From contig JBILLK010000006.1 in the NCBI GenBank assembly GCA_044376115.1, positions 64,001-128,000 on the forward strand: a DNA stretch of 64,000 nt, read 5' to 3'. Below, piece after piece: positions 8,569-18,024 of this stretch. Each line of letters begins with the position of its first letter. Position 1 is the first letter of the stretch. The notes beneath the pieces were generated by a model. That model searched no databases and had not been told where the DNA came from. It saw only the letters and a program-made list of their open reading frames with translations. The position numbers were made by a program, and so were the translations under genes. This DNA is from Polyangiaceae bacterium (GTDB lineage: Bacteria > Myxococcota_A > Polyangia > Polyangiales > Polyangiaceae).

Positions 8569-11500
8569 GTGACCCACTCCGAAGAGGAACTCAAAGCAAC
8601 CTGCGCGAAGCTGCTCGTCGAAGGTCGAAGCGTTGAAGCGTTGGAGCGCTTGCAGAGCGCAGGGGTTGCTACCTCCGGTAGCGTTGAGTCGTTGCTAATC
8701 ATGGCGGACGCGCTCGAGCAGCTCGGGCGCTCCGAGGAAGCGATCTCCCAGCTGGAGGCCAACTTCAAACGCTTGTCTGACCCTGGGCTGCTGATCCGAG
8801 CAGCAGGGCTCGCGTCTTCGTTGCATGACCGGCCGACACGCAACCGCTTGCTTCAAGAGGCCTTGGCCCTCTATCCCGATTCCTGCGCCGTGTCGGCGGC
8901 GCTGGCCGACGCTGCCTCTGAGGATGGTGACATTGATCGCTCGCTCGTGTTTCGACGTCAGGCTATCGCACTATCTCAGTCGAACCAGGTACGGATGGAG
9001 TTTACGACCGCGCTTTGTTCCGAGTTGTGTGCCCTCGGTAGACCTCGGGAGGCTTGGGAGCTGTTGCGTCGTCCGCCCGCTCCGGTTGCGAGTACCCTGC
9101 CGCTCGATTCGGCGCGGCTCGCAAGTGCGAACTACTTTCTCCCGGAACTGGGAGCAAACGTCGAGGAAACGCGTAAACAGCTGCAACTGATCGCCGACGA
9201 CCATCGCTGCTTCGGTAATCAGCACGCGACGCCCTATGCGATTGAGTCGCGCAGAGCCCTGACCGGCAAGAAGCGAAAGCTTCGATTGGGCTATATCTCT
9301 CCGGACTTTCGCAACCACTCTGTGGCGCGGTTCATTGTGCCGTTGCTGCGCGCGCACGATCGTAGCGCGTTTGAACTCTATGCCTTATCGACTGCACGAG
9401 AGCCGGCCGACACGACAACAGCGTTGATTGCGTCCCTGGTGGATCACTTTCAGGCATTACCTGATGGTGATGCTGTCTTGGCTGCTCGGCGGGTCGCAGA
9501 GTGTTCGCTCGACATCGTGATTGACCTCGCTGGGCATACTGCGCCTCATCAGCTTGAGATCCTCGCGTCGCGGGTCGCACCGCTGCAATTGTCCTTCCTC
9601 GGCTACCCGCATGGCACCGGCCTATCGGAGATCGATGGCTTCATCACGGATGGGGTGGCCTCTCCCGCGTCGGCGGATGAGTTCGCCTTGGAGCCCCTTT
9701 TGCGATTGACGCATACAGCTTGGACCTTTGACCCGCAGGTTCCAGACCTCGCGACCGAACGCTCCGAAGGGGAAGGGATCGTCTTCGGTGCATTTCACAA
9801 TCTCGCCAAGATCACCGACGGGATGCTCAACGTTTGGTCGCGAGTTCTCACCTCCGTCCCCGGCGCCAAACTCGCGATCGGCTTTCGCACGAAAACAGAG
9901 GAAGGGCGGAGTTCGCTCGAGGCTCGGCTCGTGGCAGCTGGGATCCCGCTTCACGTCGTTCAGTTTTATCCACCTATCGGTTCCCGTGAGGCGCACCTTG
10001 CCCGGCTACGGTCCGTGGACATTGTCCTCGACACGTTTCCCTATGCCGGAACGACGACTACTTGCGAGGCGCTTTGGATGGGCGTACCGGTCGTCACGCT
10101 CGCTGGTCAGTCGCATGCGAGTAGGGTAGGGGCGAGTCTCTTGTCGGCGGTGGGGCTCGACTCGCTCGTGGCGACCGACGCTCAGCAATATATCGAACGC
10201 GCCGTCGAGCTTGCTGAGGATGAGCCACGGCGGTTGGAACTTCGGTCGACGTTGCGCGAGCGAATGCGCCTCTCGCACTTGGGGAACGCGAGTCTTTTCG
10301 CGCGTTCGATCGAGGGGCTCTATCGAGCTGAGCTTCAGCGAGCGAAGGCGCAACCAGGGTTCGATTTGCTCGCTACCGGTAAGGCGCGGCGAGCCACGGT
10401 TGACTCATTGAGTGTGGTACTGCCGGGCACCTTGAACGATCCGGCTTCGTTCATGACGGTGGAGCAAGGTCGAGTGGATGATGGGGAGCTCCGACTGGCG
10501 CTTCAAGCCGTTGGTCCTGCGGCGAGCCTCGTGGAGGTGTTCGCAGGGGCGGGGCTTTCGACCTTGGCAATGGCGCGCGCAGTAAGCGCTCCGGGGACGG
10601 TCCACCTGATTGAACCGACGCCTACTGCGCAATTGGAGGCGACGCTGTCTGCGGTTGCGCCCACGCTGCTACGCAGGAGTAAGTTGCTCCCGGGGCGTGG
10701 ACCAGGGGCGCGTTGGGTTGGGCCCGAACAACTACCAGTGGCTGCGCTCGATGACGTGGTGAAGGCGGACGCAGCTCTTTTGCGGGTGGGAGGGCCAGGC
10801 GCCGAGCTAGAGGTGTTGGCCGGTGCTCAGCGTTTGCTGAAGGCGGGGGCGATTGTCATGTTGACGCGCTTTTGGCAGCCGCTCGATCCGCCGCTATTGG
10901 CTTATCTGGAGGCGTGCGGACTTACGCTGTACAGCCTTGTGCCGATGGTTTCTGCCTTGGCCAAGGTGGGCCGGCAAGCGCAACGCGGGGTGCTCTTTGC
11001 CCTCTCCGCTGCTGCGCGAAAACGTTTTCCTGGGCTGCCAGTGGTGGATGAGCTGAAGTCGAACGGCCCACTGCCTGTCGCTAGCGCTAACGAGCTATTG
11101 CGCGGCCCCCTCGACAAAGGCCTGTCCGTCGGAATCAGCGCGTATCTTGGCGCGAGCGATGCCGCGCTCCCAGTGGCTGAACGGGTTGCCTTCTTGCGTG
11201 CCGCCATCAGCGAGTTTCGTCGCGCTGTCGAGCAGAAGCCAAAGTGCATCTACAGGCGCGCCAATCTGAGCAGAGCGTTACTGTCGTTGGGCAGCGCGGC
11301 GGAGGTAGGGCCGGTGCTCGAACCGATGATGGCTCTCATCGATACAGTGTTCCCCGAGCCGGAGGAGGCGTACTTGCCTATCGTAGCCCGCTATGACGAG
11401 CTGCGGGAGCGCCCGTTGGATTGGCTGCGTGCTCAGTTGATCGAGGCGTTCGTAAAGTCGAGCGCGCCGAGCACGTTCTTTCACCTGCCAGCATTCATGA

Positions 11501-11595
11501 GTCTGTTCTCGAGATTTGAGGCTCTGGGTTTTCCAGACGCTGAAATGGCTCGGCGCGGTTCGCTGTTACGCTCACGCGCGGCTCGCGCTTCTTAG
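8569..11595 (+). CDS. SPINDLY/OGT-family (GT41) glycosyltransferase with TPR N-terminus and a C-terminal FkbM-like methyltransferase region
   Basis: LGYISPDFRNHSV, IDLAGHT, APLQLSFLGYP, FHNLAKI and LDTFPYAGTTTTCEALWMGVPVVTL are GT41 motifs. Downstream VEVFAGAGLST resembles a degenerate SAM-binding motif I. Confidence 0.85.
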   Translation: MTHSEEELKATCAKLLVEGRSVEALERLQSAGVATSGSVESLLIMADALEQLGRSEEAISQLEANFKRLSDPGLLIRAAGLASSLHDRPTRNRLLQEALALYPDSCAVSAALADAASEDGDIDRSLVFRRQAIALSQSNQVRMEFTTALCSELCALGRPREAWELLRRPPAPVASTLPLDSARLASANYFLPELGANVEETRKQLQLIADDHRCFGNQHATPYAIESRRALTGKKRKLRLGYISPDFRNHSVARFIVPLLRAHDRSAFELYALSTAREPADTTTALIASLVDHFQALPDGDAVLAARRVAECSLDIVIDLAGHTAPHQLEILASRVAPLQLSFLGYPHGTGLSEIDGFITDGVASPASADEFALEPLLRLTHTAWTFDPQVPDLATERSEGEGIVFGAFHNLAKITDGMLNVWSRVLTSVPGAKLAIGFRTKTEEGRSSLEARLVAAGIPLHVVQFYPPIGSREAHLARLRSVDIVLDTFPYAGTTTTCEALWMGVPVVTLAGQSHASRVGASLLSAVGLDSLVATDAQQYIERAVELAEDEPRRLELRSTLRERMRLSHLGNASLFARSIEGLYRAELQRAKAQPGFDLLATGKARRATVDSLSVVLPGTLNDPASFMTVEQGRVDDGELRLALQAVGPAASLVEVFAGAGLSTLAMARAVSAPGTVHLIEPTPTAQLEATLSAVAPTLLRRSKLLPGRGPGARWVGPEQLPVAALDDVVKADAALLRVGGPGAELEVLAGAQRLLKAGAIVMLTRFWQPLDPPLLAYLEACGLTLYSLVPMVSALAKVGRQAQRGVLFALSAAARKRFPGLPVVDELKSNGPLPVASANELLRGPLDKGLSVGISAYLGASDAALPVAERVAFLRAAISEFRRAVEQKPKCIYRRANLSRALLSLGSAAEVGPVLEPMMALIDTVFPEPEEAYLPIVARYDELRERPLDWLRAQLIEAFVKSSAPSTFFHLPAFMSLFSRFEALGFPDAEMARRGSLLRSRAARAS

Positions 11596-12458
11596 CGGGG
11601 CGCGTGGGCGCTTGCTGCTGAAGTGCGCATAAACGCCCAGGTAAGCACGACCGCCAACACGCTCCCGCCGCCGATCCAGGCCCAATCGAGCTCCGCCGTG
11701 GCGACTGAGCCGGGCTCGCCGTAGCGAGCAAATAACACCGATAGCCCATTGTTCGCTGCGTGGGCTGCCATCGCCGGCCACAGCGAGCCGCTGCGGTAAC
11801 TGACGAATCCCAGCACCAAGCCGATCAGCGCTGCACCTGTCGCTTGCGGTGGGTCAACGTGGATGGCGCCGAAGATCAGCGAGGCCAGGCCAATGCCGAA
11901 GGCTGGCCCGAGCCGCTTGATCAGAGCAGGCTGCAATAGCCCACGGAACAACAGCTCTTCAGCGACGGCCGGGGCGAAGGTGACAGCCAAGGCGACAAGT
12001 ACCGGGGCGACCCCTTGGCCACGAACGGCGCCCGCGATCATGTCGAGGGTGCCGATGGTTGCGCGCGGAAAGGCACGCTGGACCGTCACCGCCAAGGCGT
12101 CGGCAAGCGGGCCCGTCGCGAGTACCAGCAGAACGGCGAGCACGACCTGAAGCGCGCGTGGACGCTGTAGCCCCATGCTCGTGCGGAGGGGAAGCTTGGC
12201 CAATCGCGCGGCCCCGAGGCTGGCGACGGCGAGCGTGACTTGCGAGACCGCGATGGCCGCGAACACAACCAGAGGCGTCGCTAGATAGCGCTGGAGAACG
12301 TGCTCTCGCGCCAACTCTTCGGGCTTGAGCCCTGCGCGCAGGCCAAGCGTGAAGGCTAGGCCGACCAAGGCGACCCCCGAGCCTATTTGGCTTGCCCCAA
12401 ACGCGACCACCACCGTCAGTACGGCAGCCCAAGGCGAAAGTACGCGCCGCTCCATCAC
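11592..12458 (-). CDS. CPBP (CAAX/Abi/Rce1-like) intramembrane glutamic endopeptidase
   Basis: AEELLFRG, FGAIH and AHAANN motifs; multiple TMs. Confidence 0.9.
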   Translation of the reverse strand: MMERRVLSPWAAVLTVVVAFGASQIGSGVALVGLAFTLGLRAGLKPEELAREHVLQRYLATPLVVFAAIAVSQVTLAVASLGAARLAKLPLRTSMGLQRPRALQVVLAVLLVLATGPLADALAVTVQRAFPRATIGTLDMIAGAVRGQGVAPVLVALAVTFAPAVAEELLFRGLLQPALIKRLGPAFGIGLASLIFGAIHVDPPQATGAALIGLVLGFVSYRSGSLWPAMAAHAANNGLSVLFARYGEPGSVATAELDWAWIGGGSVLAVVLTWAFMRTSAASAHAPR

Positions 12459-12461
12459 TCC

Positions 12462-15400
12462 CTATAGCTTCTGCAAGGTGACAGTGCGTTCGAAGGACGA
12501 AGCCGCCTGCCCGCGCGCAAAGAGCGAAGGCCCTTGGTTCAAGCGCCGTGGCGGATCTTCGCGCGCGGCGAACGCGCTGACCCACGAAGCCCAGGCGATA
12601 TCCTGTTTGCCGAAGACAACCCGTGACACCGCCATCGGTTCGGGCAGCGGCGCCTCTCCGCTCTTGAGGCGCGGGCGCATGGTTGGACCGTGGCCGTCTA
12701 GATCGAAGACGATCTCCGACTTGTAGCTCGCGTCCGGCCAAACGCTTAGGCCTTCTTCGTTGATGTCGTAGGCGGCACCATTGAGAGCTTGCGAAATTTG
12801 TTCGCGCACGAGATCTACCCCGGCCATCTTGTAGACGCCGGCGATGCCGTTCTCGAGCACGATCCGGTCGACGATGTTGAGCTTCTCGATGAAGCCGAGC
12901 GAGGGAATCTGCGCAAGGAGGAAGCCCGACTGCTCGTCAAACACCAGCACGGCCGGCGCGTTGGTGACGCTCAGACATAACAATTCAATCTTTACGCGAT
13001 TGGAGGCGAGCTCAATCTTGCCGAGCGTCAGCGGACCTGCAGCCCACGCTGGTGACTCCGAGAACAGGAGAATCAGCTCGCGCTCGATGAACTTACGAAT
13101 GGACCCTTCGACGCTGCGCAGCGCCTCGGTGTGTTTGAGGGCGGAGCGGTCGAGCTTACGCGAGGCTCGCCGCAGCTTAGAGTAGGCCTTGGGGATGGTC
13201 CCAGAGTGCAGCCCAGGCTTCATGAACTGCACCATGGTCTCACCGTGCGCCCCTATCACCACGGGGGTTAGATAGGCACTGCGGTTCATGCGGTAGAGCC
13301 GCCAGTTCTCTTTCAGCTCCCACACCAGAAAGCCGAAGAAGCCCGGGAGAATGATGACCGTGGGCGCTGCGATTGATTCGGCGATGAAGGCGCCGAACAC
13401 CGAGGCTAGCGGCTTGAACATCGCGTCATGCAGGTCCGGGGTAACCGGAATCATGATCTTGGCCGCTACGGTCACCACCGGGAAGTGTTTGATGGGGTTG
13501 ACCTCTGGCTCGATCAGCAAGTTGACGTAGATGCGAATGAGGTAGGTGGTGAAGAACCACAGCACGCCCAGCGCTGCTTTGGAGATCAGCGTGAAGCGCG
13601 TCTCGCCTTGGCGGAAGATGAGCTTCTCGTCGACGAAGTAAATGAAACGCTCAACCAGCTCGAGACCGCGCTTGAACACCGCAACGATCAGCCCGAACAA
13701 GCCGGGCAATACCCGTCGACTCAGTTGGCGATAACTGCGAATCGAAAAGTCGGTACCGAACTCCTCGAGCGCCTGCCCCCATTTGGAGTTGAGCAGGGCG
13801 TTGAGCCCAAGGAAGGTTGCTCCAAAGGTAGCCGCCCGCGTCAGCGTATCTTTACTGAACGAGGCCACGACCAGCGTGACGACGCCGGCGATGAACGCAG
13901 GCTTGGCCACGAACCGGATGAACTGCCGCATCGCGTCGGCGCGTAGCAGACCGCGAACGAACGGATGGCTCCAGACCCAGGATGGCAGCCGGATGAACAA
14001 GATGCGCAGGGCGAACTTCACGCCCAGCCAGACGTAGTTGCCAATGGTCCGCGCCCGCTCGCTGTGTATCAGCGCGAACGCGATCGCCGCCGTTACCGTC
14101 AGCGTAGTGCGATTCACGTAGTCAACGTGAGGGACCTTGAAGGCTTTTTCCAAGAAGAGCCCCAGCGTGTGTTGCAGCCCCTCCAGGAGGACGAAGGCCA
14201 GCACGCCAGGCAGGAACAGATAGAGCGTTAGTACACGGCCGACGCGCGTACCAAAGGTCATGGAGCTGAGCTTCTGCAGGCCGCGCAGATAGATCTCGCC
14301 GGCGCGATAGACGCCATCGAGCTCGCGCGCCAGCAGCCGGTCCATGCGCAAGAGCGCGTCGCCTCGGAGCAGCTGGTCGGGGGTGATGTTGCCCATCTTG
14401 ACATTGCTGCGCGAGAGCGAGTCGCGCACGTGGCTCATGGTGATGAAGCGGTTCTTCAGCACCTGATCGAGCAGCTCATCCACGAGCTTGCGTCGCGAGG
14501 CGCGCTCCGGGACGTTCTCGGGGCGCAGGCCAACGGCCTCCAGCGCGCGCTCCAGCTTCGGGCCGAGACTCGCGCGTACGTTGCTATCGGCCTTGGCCGA
14601 GATGGCCACGAGGAACTGCACCAGCAGCTGCCTTGGTTCCTCGGGCAGACGCGTGCGCGGGACTTTTGCCAGCGCGGCGAGCACGTGACCGGCGATGCGC
14701 ACGTCGCGCTCTGCGGGCAGAGGACGACGCACAGGCGTCTTGCCGAAGGAGAGCGCCCACTCGACCACGCCCAACGCCTCGCGTTCACGCTCGTTGTCGA
14801 CGCAGGCCTTCTGCAGATCGAAGAGGATGCGGGCCTCGGCGTTGGCGGGCAAGCCGAGCCGCGTCTTGGTGTAATGCAGGACGGGCAAGAGGATCTGCGC
14901 CCAAGCGGTGGTGGGCGCATCCACCCACAGCAGCGCCGAAGAAAGCCGGTCACAGAAGGCGACGAGCTCGCTGAAGACGGCCTCCTCGGTGCCTTTCGCT
15001 CGCACGCGCAGCAGCAACGAACGCACCGCATTGCCCTTTTCACGAGCGAGGTCCGCGCTAGGGTCGACGGCGTCGCGCAGGCTGTGCGCCAGCAGGGGTG
15101 ATGGCGCTGGCTGCGAGTTCGGAGGGATGGTCGTGCGCGCCCACAGCTCCGACGTTGACGGCGCTCCCTGGGGCCGACAGGCCTCGAGCAGCGCCTCCGC
15201 ATCCACGTCGCGCGACAAGGTGTGGTCAACCGTGGCCTGCTGATCGCGAACGCCAGGGAAGGTGCGCACCAAGAGATCCGGGGCGAAATACTTCTGCTCC
15301 AGGTACGTCGCCGCGAACTCCAAGTAGGTCTCGGTGTCGTCGTGCGGCGGAAGCAGCAGATCATCTTGCTTGAGCACGTAGCGAATCTCGTCGAACTCGG

Positions 15401-15785
15401 TTTGACCGAGCGCATGAACGCGCGCGCGCACCGCCGCTGGCGTGAGCTCCCCCGCCATCACGCGCGCCTCCAGGGTGCGATGAATGGCTGCGTGAAAGGC
15501 TGCGCGCCAAATCGTGACCAGCGCTGCCTCGTCCTCGTCCACCGTCTCGACGTGAGGAAGCACCAACAGGTGCTCCTCCTTCGGCAGGTTCCCCAACTCT
15601 TCAGCGGAGCCGATCTTCTTGAGGGCCCACGCGGGTAGCGAATAGGCGTGGCTATGGGGGACCTGGAAGCCCACTCCACCGATTTGGCGATGCTCTTTGA
15701 TGACCCGCCGAACCAAGCGCTCGGGCAGAAACACCACGCCGACATTCTTTGCGAGCAGCGCTTGCTCGACTTCTTTAGGCGTCAC
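12462..15785 (-). CDS. Large hypothetical membrane protein (~1100 aa)
   Basis: Long ORF with a soluble N-half, a central TM cluster and the segment IYVNLLIEPEVNPIKHFPVVTV. Start at GTG 15785 (overlaps upstream TAG) or 15800. Confidence 0.8.
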   Translation of the reverse strand: MTPKEVEQALLAKNVGVVFLPERLVRRVIKEHRQIGGVGFQVPHSHAYSLPAWALKKIGSAEELGNLPKEEHLLVLPHVETVDEDEAALVTIWRAAFHAAIHRTLEARVMAGELTPAAVRARVHALGQTEFDEIRYVLKQDDLLLPPHDDTETYLEFAATYLEQKYFAPDLLVRTFPGVRDQQATVDHTLSRDVDAEALLEACRPQGAPSTSELWARTTIPPNSQPAPSPLLAHSLRDAVDPSADLAREKGNAVRSLLLRVRAKGTEEAVFSELVAFCDRLSSALLWVDAPTTAWAQILLPVLHYTKTRLGLPANAEARILFDLQKACVDNEREREALGVVEWALSFGKTPVRRPLPAERDVRIAGHVLAALAKVPRTRLPEEPRQLLVQFLVAISAKADSNVRASLGPKLERALEAVGLRPENVPERASRRKLVDELLDQVLKNRFITMSHVRDSLSRSNVKMGNITPDQLLRGDALLRMDRLLARELDGVYRAGEIYLRGLQKLSSMTFGTRVGRVLTLYLFLPGVLAFVLLEGLQHTLGLFLEKAFKVPHVDYVNRTTLTVTAAIAFALIHSERARTIGNYVWLGVKFALRILFIRLPSWVWSHPFVRGLLRADAMRQFIRFVAKPAFIAGVVTLVVASFSKDTLTRAATFGATFLGLNALLNSKWGQALEEFGTDFSIRSYRQLSRRVLPGLFGLIVAVFKRGLELVERFIYFVDEKLIFRQGETRFTLISKAALGVLWFFTTYLIRIYVNLLIEPEVNPIKHFPVVTVAAKIMIPVTPDLHDAMFKPLASVFGAFIAESIAAPTVIILPGFFGFLVWELKENWRLYRMNRSAYLTPVVIGAHGETMVQFMKPGLHSGTIPKAYSKLRRASRKLDRSALKHTEALRSVEGSIRKFIERELILLFSESPAWAAGPLTLGKIELASNRVKIELLCLSVTNAPAVLVFDEQSGFLLAQIPSLGFIEKLNIVDRIVLENGIAGVYKMAGVDLVREQISQALNGAAYDINEEGLSVWPDASYKSEIVFDLDGHGPTMRPRLKSGEAPLPEPMAVSRVVFGKQDIAWASWVSAFAAREDPPRRLNQGPSLFARGQAASSFERTVTLQKL

Positions 15786-16897
15786 TAGCGCGACTCCCAA
15801 ACGGTATCTGGATCGAGCCCAAGCTTTCGAATCACGTCACTCGAACACACTCGCGCACTCTCTTGTTCGCTCTTGCACACGAAGTGCCCACAGCGAAGGA
15901 ACTTGGACTCTGCATTCTCGCTACGCAGCGTTTCGATCGCCGCGCAGGCTTTGGTCTCGTCGCCTCGGCCAGCCTCGAGACGCGCGACCTCAAACAGCGC
16001 ATCATCGGTCACCCGCGAGGTGCGATGTCGGTCGTAGACGCGCCAGAAGGCGCGAACCGCTGCCTCCACGTCCTGCTTCTTGTCTCGCTGCAGGACGCCT
16101 AGCCGATAGGCGGCGGCGGGCCAACGCGGACGGTCGTAGCTCGAGCCGTTGTAAGCCGCTTCTTGCGGCGCGAGCATCTCCTCGAGCACGGCGATCGCTT
16201 CATCGAGGCGACCGAGGTCCTCCAGAAAAAGGGAAGCCGTAAAGTAGGCGTCGTCGGTCATCGAACCGTTGGGATACGGATGGCTACGGGCGAGCGCCAG
16301 CAGGCTGTCCACGGCCTCGGCCTTCTGTTCACACCGCGCCAACAACGTAGCGAGCTCATAGCTCACCGCCTCGCCCGAGTCGCTCGCGCGTAGCTCGAGT
16401 TCGAGCGGACGCAGCCACTCGAGCGCGGCTTGCGGCCCACTTTGTTCTTCCACCAGCGAGAGCAAGCGGCGCACAGCGTGCCTGACCAGGCCACTGTTCG
16501 GATACAGGCGAATGGCCTTGATGGTCTCGCTGTTGCCGGCCTCGAGGCCGTCCCGGTCCAGTACTAGCCGTGCCACCGCGAAGGCCGCGCGCGCGCCTTG
16601 GTAGCGCCCGTCGGCGTCGTTCACGACCTGGCGGTAGGTTTCCTCCGCTCCGGAGATGTCACCGAGGTGCTCGAGGCTGTCGGCGACGAGCATGCGCGCC
16701 TCCTCCCGATCTTTGTAACGATCCCCGAGATCGGCCGCGCGCTGGAAGGCGGCGCGCGCCTCTTCGTAGCGACCAGCGTTGCGTGCTCGCAGCCCTTCTG
16801 CGAAGGCCGCTTGGTACCCTGCGGCATAACTTGGAGCGCAGGCCGAAAGGAGTAGCGTGAGCCCCGCAATGCCGCAAAAGAGGCTGCGAAGCTTCAT
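15785..16897 (-). CDS. Tetratricopeptide-repeat lipoprotein
   Basis: Lipobox LLLSAC followed by repeated TPR-like helical pairs. Confidence 0.8.
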   Translation of the reverse strand: MKLRSLFCGIAGLTLLLSACAPSYAAGYQAAFAEGLRARNAGRYEEARAAFQRAADLGDRYKDREEARMLVADSLEHLGDISGAEETYRQVVNDADGRYQGARAAFAVARLVLDRDGLEAGNSETIKAIRLYPNSGLVRHAVRRLLSLVEEQSGPQAALEWLRPLELELRASDSGEAVSYELATLLARCEQKAEAVDSLLALARSHPYPNGSMTDDAYFTASLFLEDLGRLDEAIAVLEEMLAPQEAAYNGSSYDRPRWPAAAYRLGVLQRDKKQDVEAAVRAFWRVYDRHRTSRVTDDALFEVARLEAGRGDETKACAAIETLRSENAESKFLRCGHFVCKSEQESARVCSSDVIRKLGLDPDTVWESR

Positions 16898-17922
16898 GGT
16901 TGCACGAGCTGAATAAGGGCCGCTGCAGCGCGCTCTACGTCGGCTCGCTGCACGTCGAGATGAGTGACCGCGCGTAAGCGATGGGGACCGAACGCGCTCA
17001 GCAGGATGCCGCGTTCACGCAAGCCCTTGACGAGCTCGGCTGCCGGTTGCGCGACGTCCACCATCACGATGTTGGTCCTCGGCCTTTGCACGGCGAGCCC
17101 AGCGCTATGCAGCCGCTCTGCGAAGTGGGCCGCGTTTTCGTGATCCTCGGCCAGTCGCGCACGGTTTTCGCGCAGCGCGAACTGGCACGCGGCGGCGAGC
17201 ACGCCCACCTGACGCATCCCGCCACCCAACATCTTGCGCAAACGATGGGCCTTCTCCAGGCGCGCACGGTCTCCTGCGAGGATGGAACCAACCGGTGCAC
17301 CGAGCCCCTTCGAGAAACAGAGGCTCACCGTGTCGGTCTCCTGCGTAAGCTCAGAAAGCGGCACACCGAGCGCGATGGCGGCGTTCCACAAGCGTGCCCC
17401 ATCCAAGTGGACGCTCAGCCCTTTCTCCCTGGCCACCGCTGCCAGCGCGGCCGTTTCGGCGGCTGAAAGCACCGAACCGCCGCCTCGATTGTGGGTGTTC
17501 TCGAGCACGACCAGCTTCGGATTGGGCGCGTAATAGGCTCGTTCTCTCACTGAGCCAGCGAGCTCGCTCGGGGCCATTTCTCCGGTGCGCCCAACCTCGC
17601 GGAACTGCACGCCCCAAAGCGCTGCACCAGCGCCCGACTCGTACCAAATGCAGTGCGAGCCGGTCGCGGCGAGCACCTCGTCCCCGGGGCTCGTATGGGT
17701 GGCAATTGCGAGCTGATTGGCCATCGTGCCCGAGGGCACGAACAACGCCGCTTCCTTGTTGGCGAGCTCAGCAATCTGGGCCTCGAGTGCGCGGACGCTT
17801 GGATCTTCGCCGTAAACGTCGTCCCCCACCGCGGCGGCGGCCATGGCCTGTCGCATGGCGGCGGAGGGTTGCGTAACCGTGTCGCTTCGAAGGTCCACGG
17901 GTTTGGAGTCGGCGGTCGCCAT
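16894..17922 (-). CDS. ltaE: Low-specificity L-threonine aldolase
   Basis: DLRSDTVTQP, GDDVYGEDP, FVPSGTMANQ, LENTHN, HLDGARLWNA and PLP-lysine CFSKGLGAPVGS. Start at ATG 17922. Confidence 0.93.
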   Translation of the reverse strand: MATADSKPVDLRSDTVTQPSAAMRQAMAAAAVGDDVYGEDPSVRALEAQIAELANKEAALFVPSGTMANQLAIATHTSPGDEVLAATGSHCIWYESGAGAALWGVQFREVGRTGEMAPSELAGSVRERAYYAPNPKLVVLENTHNRGGGSVLSAAETAALAAVAREKGLSVHLDGARLWNAAIALGVPLSELTQETDTVSLCFSKGLGAPVGSILAGDRARLEKAHRLRKMLGGGMRQVGVLAAACQFALRENRARLAEDHENAAHFAERLHSAGLAVQRPRTNIVMVDVAQPAAELVKGLRERGILLSAFGPHRLRAVTHLDVQRADVERAAAALIQLVQP

Positions 17923-18024
17923 TTCGCTGGGCGCACGGTATCGCACGCACGGTAACGGGAGAAGGGATCTCCCACGCTGCCGATGTTGGACTGGCCCGAT
18001 GGGGTTCGTTACCATCGCGCCCCC

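Noticed and set aside
11592..12458. CPBP/Abi protein as an anti-phage abortive-infection system
   Set aside because: The family name is historical, and there is no defence-island context in the window.
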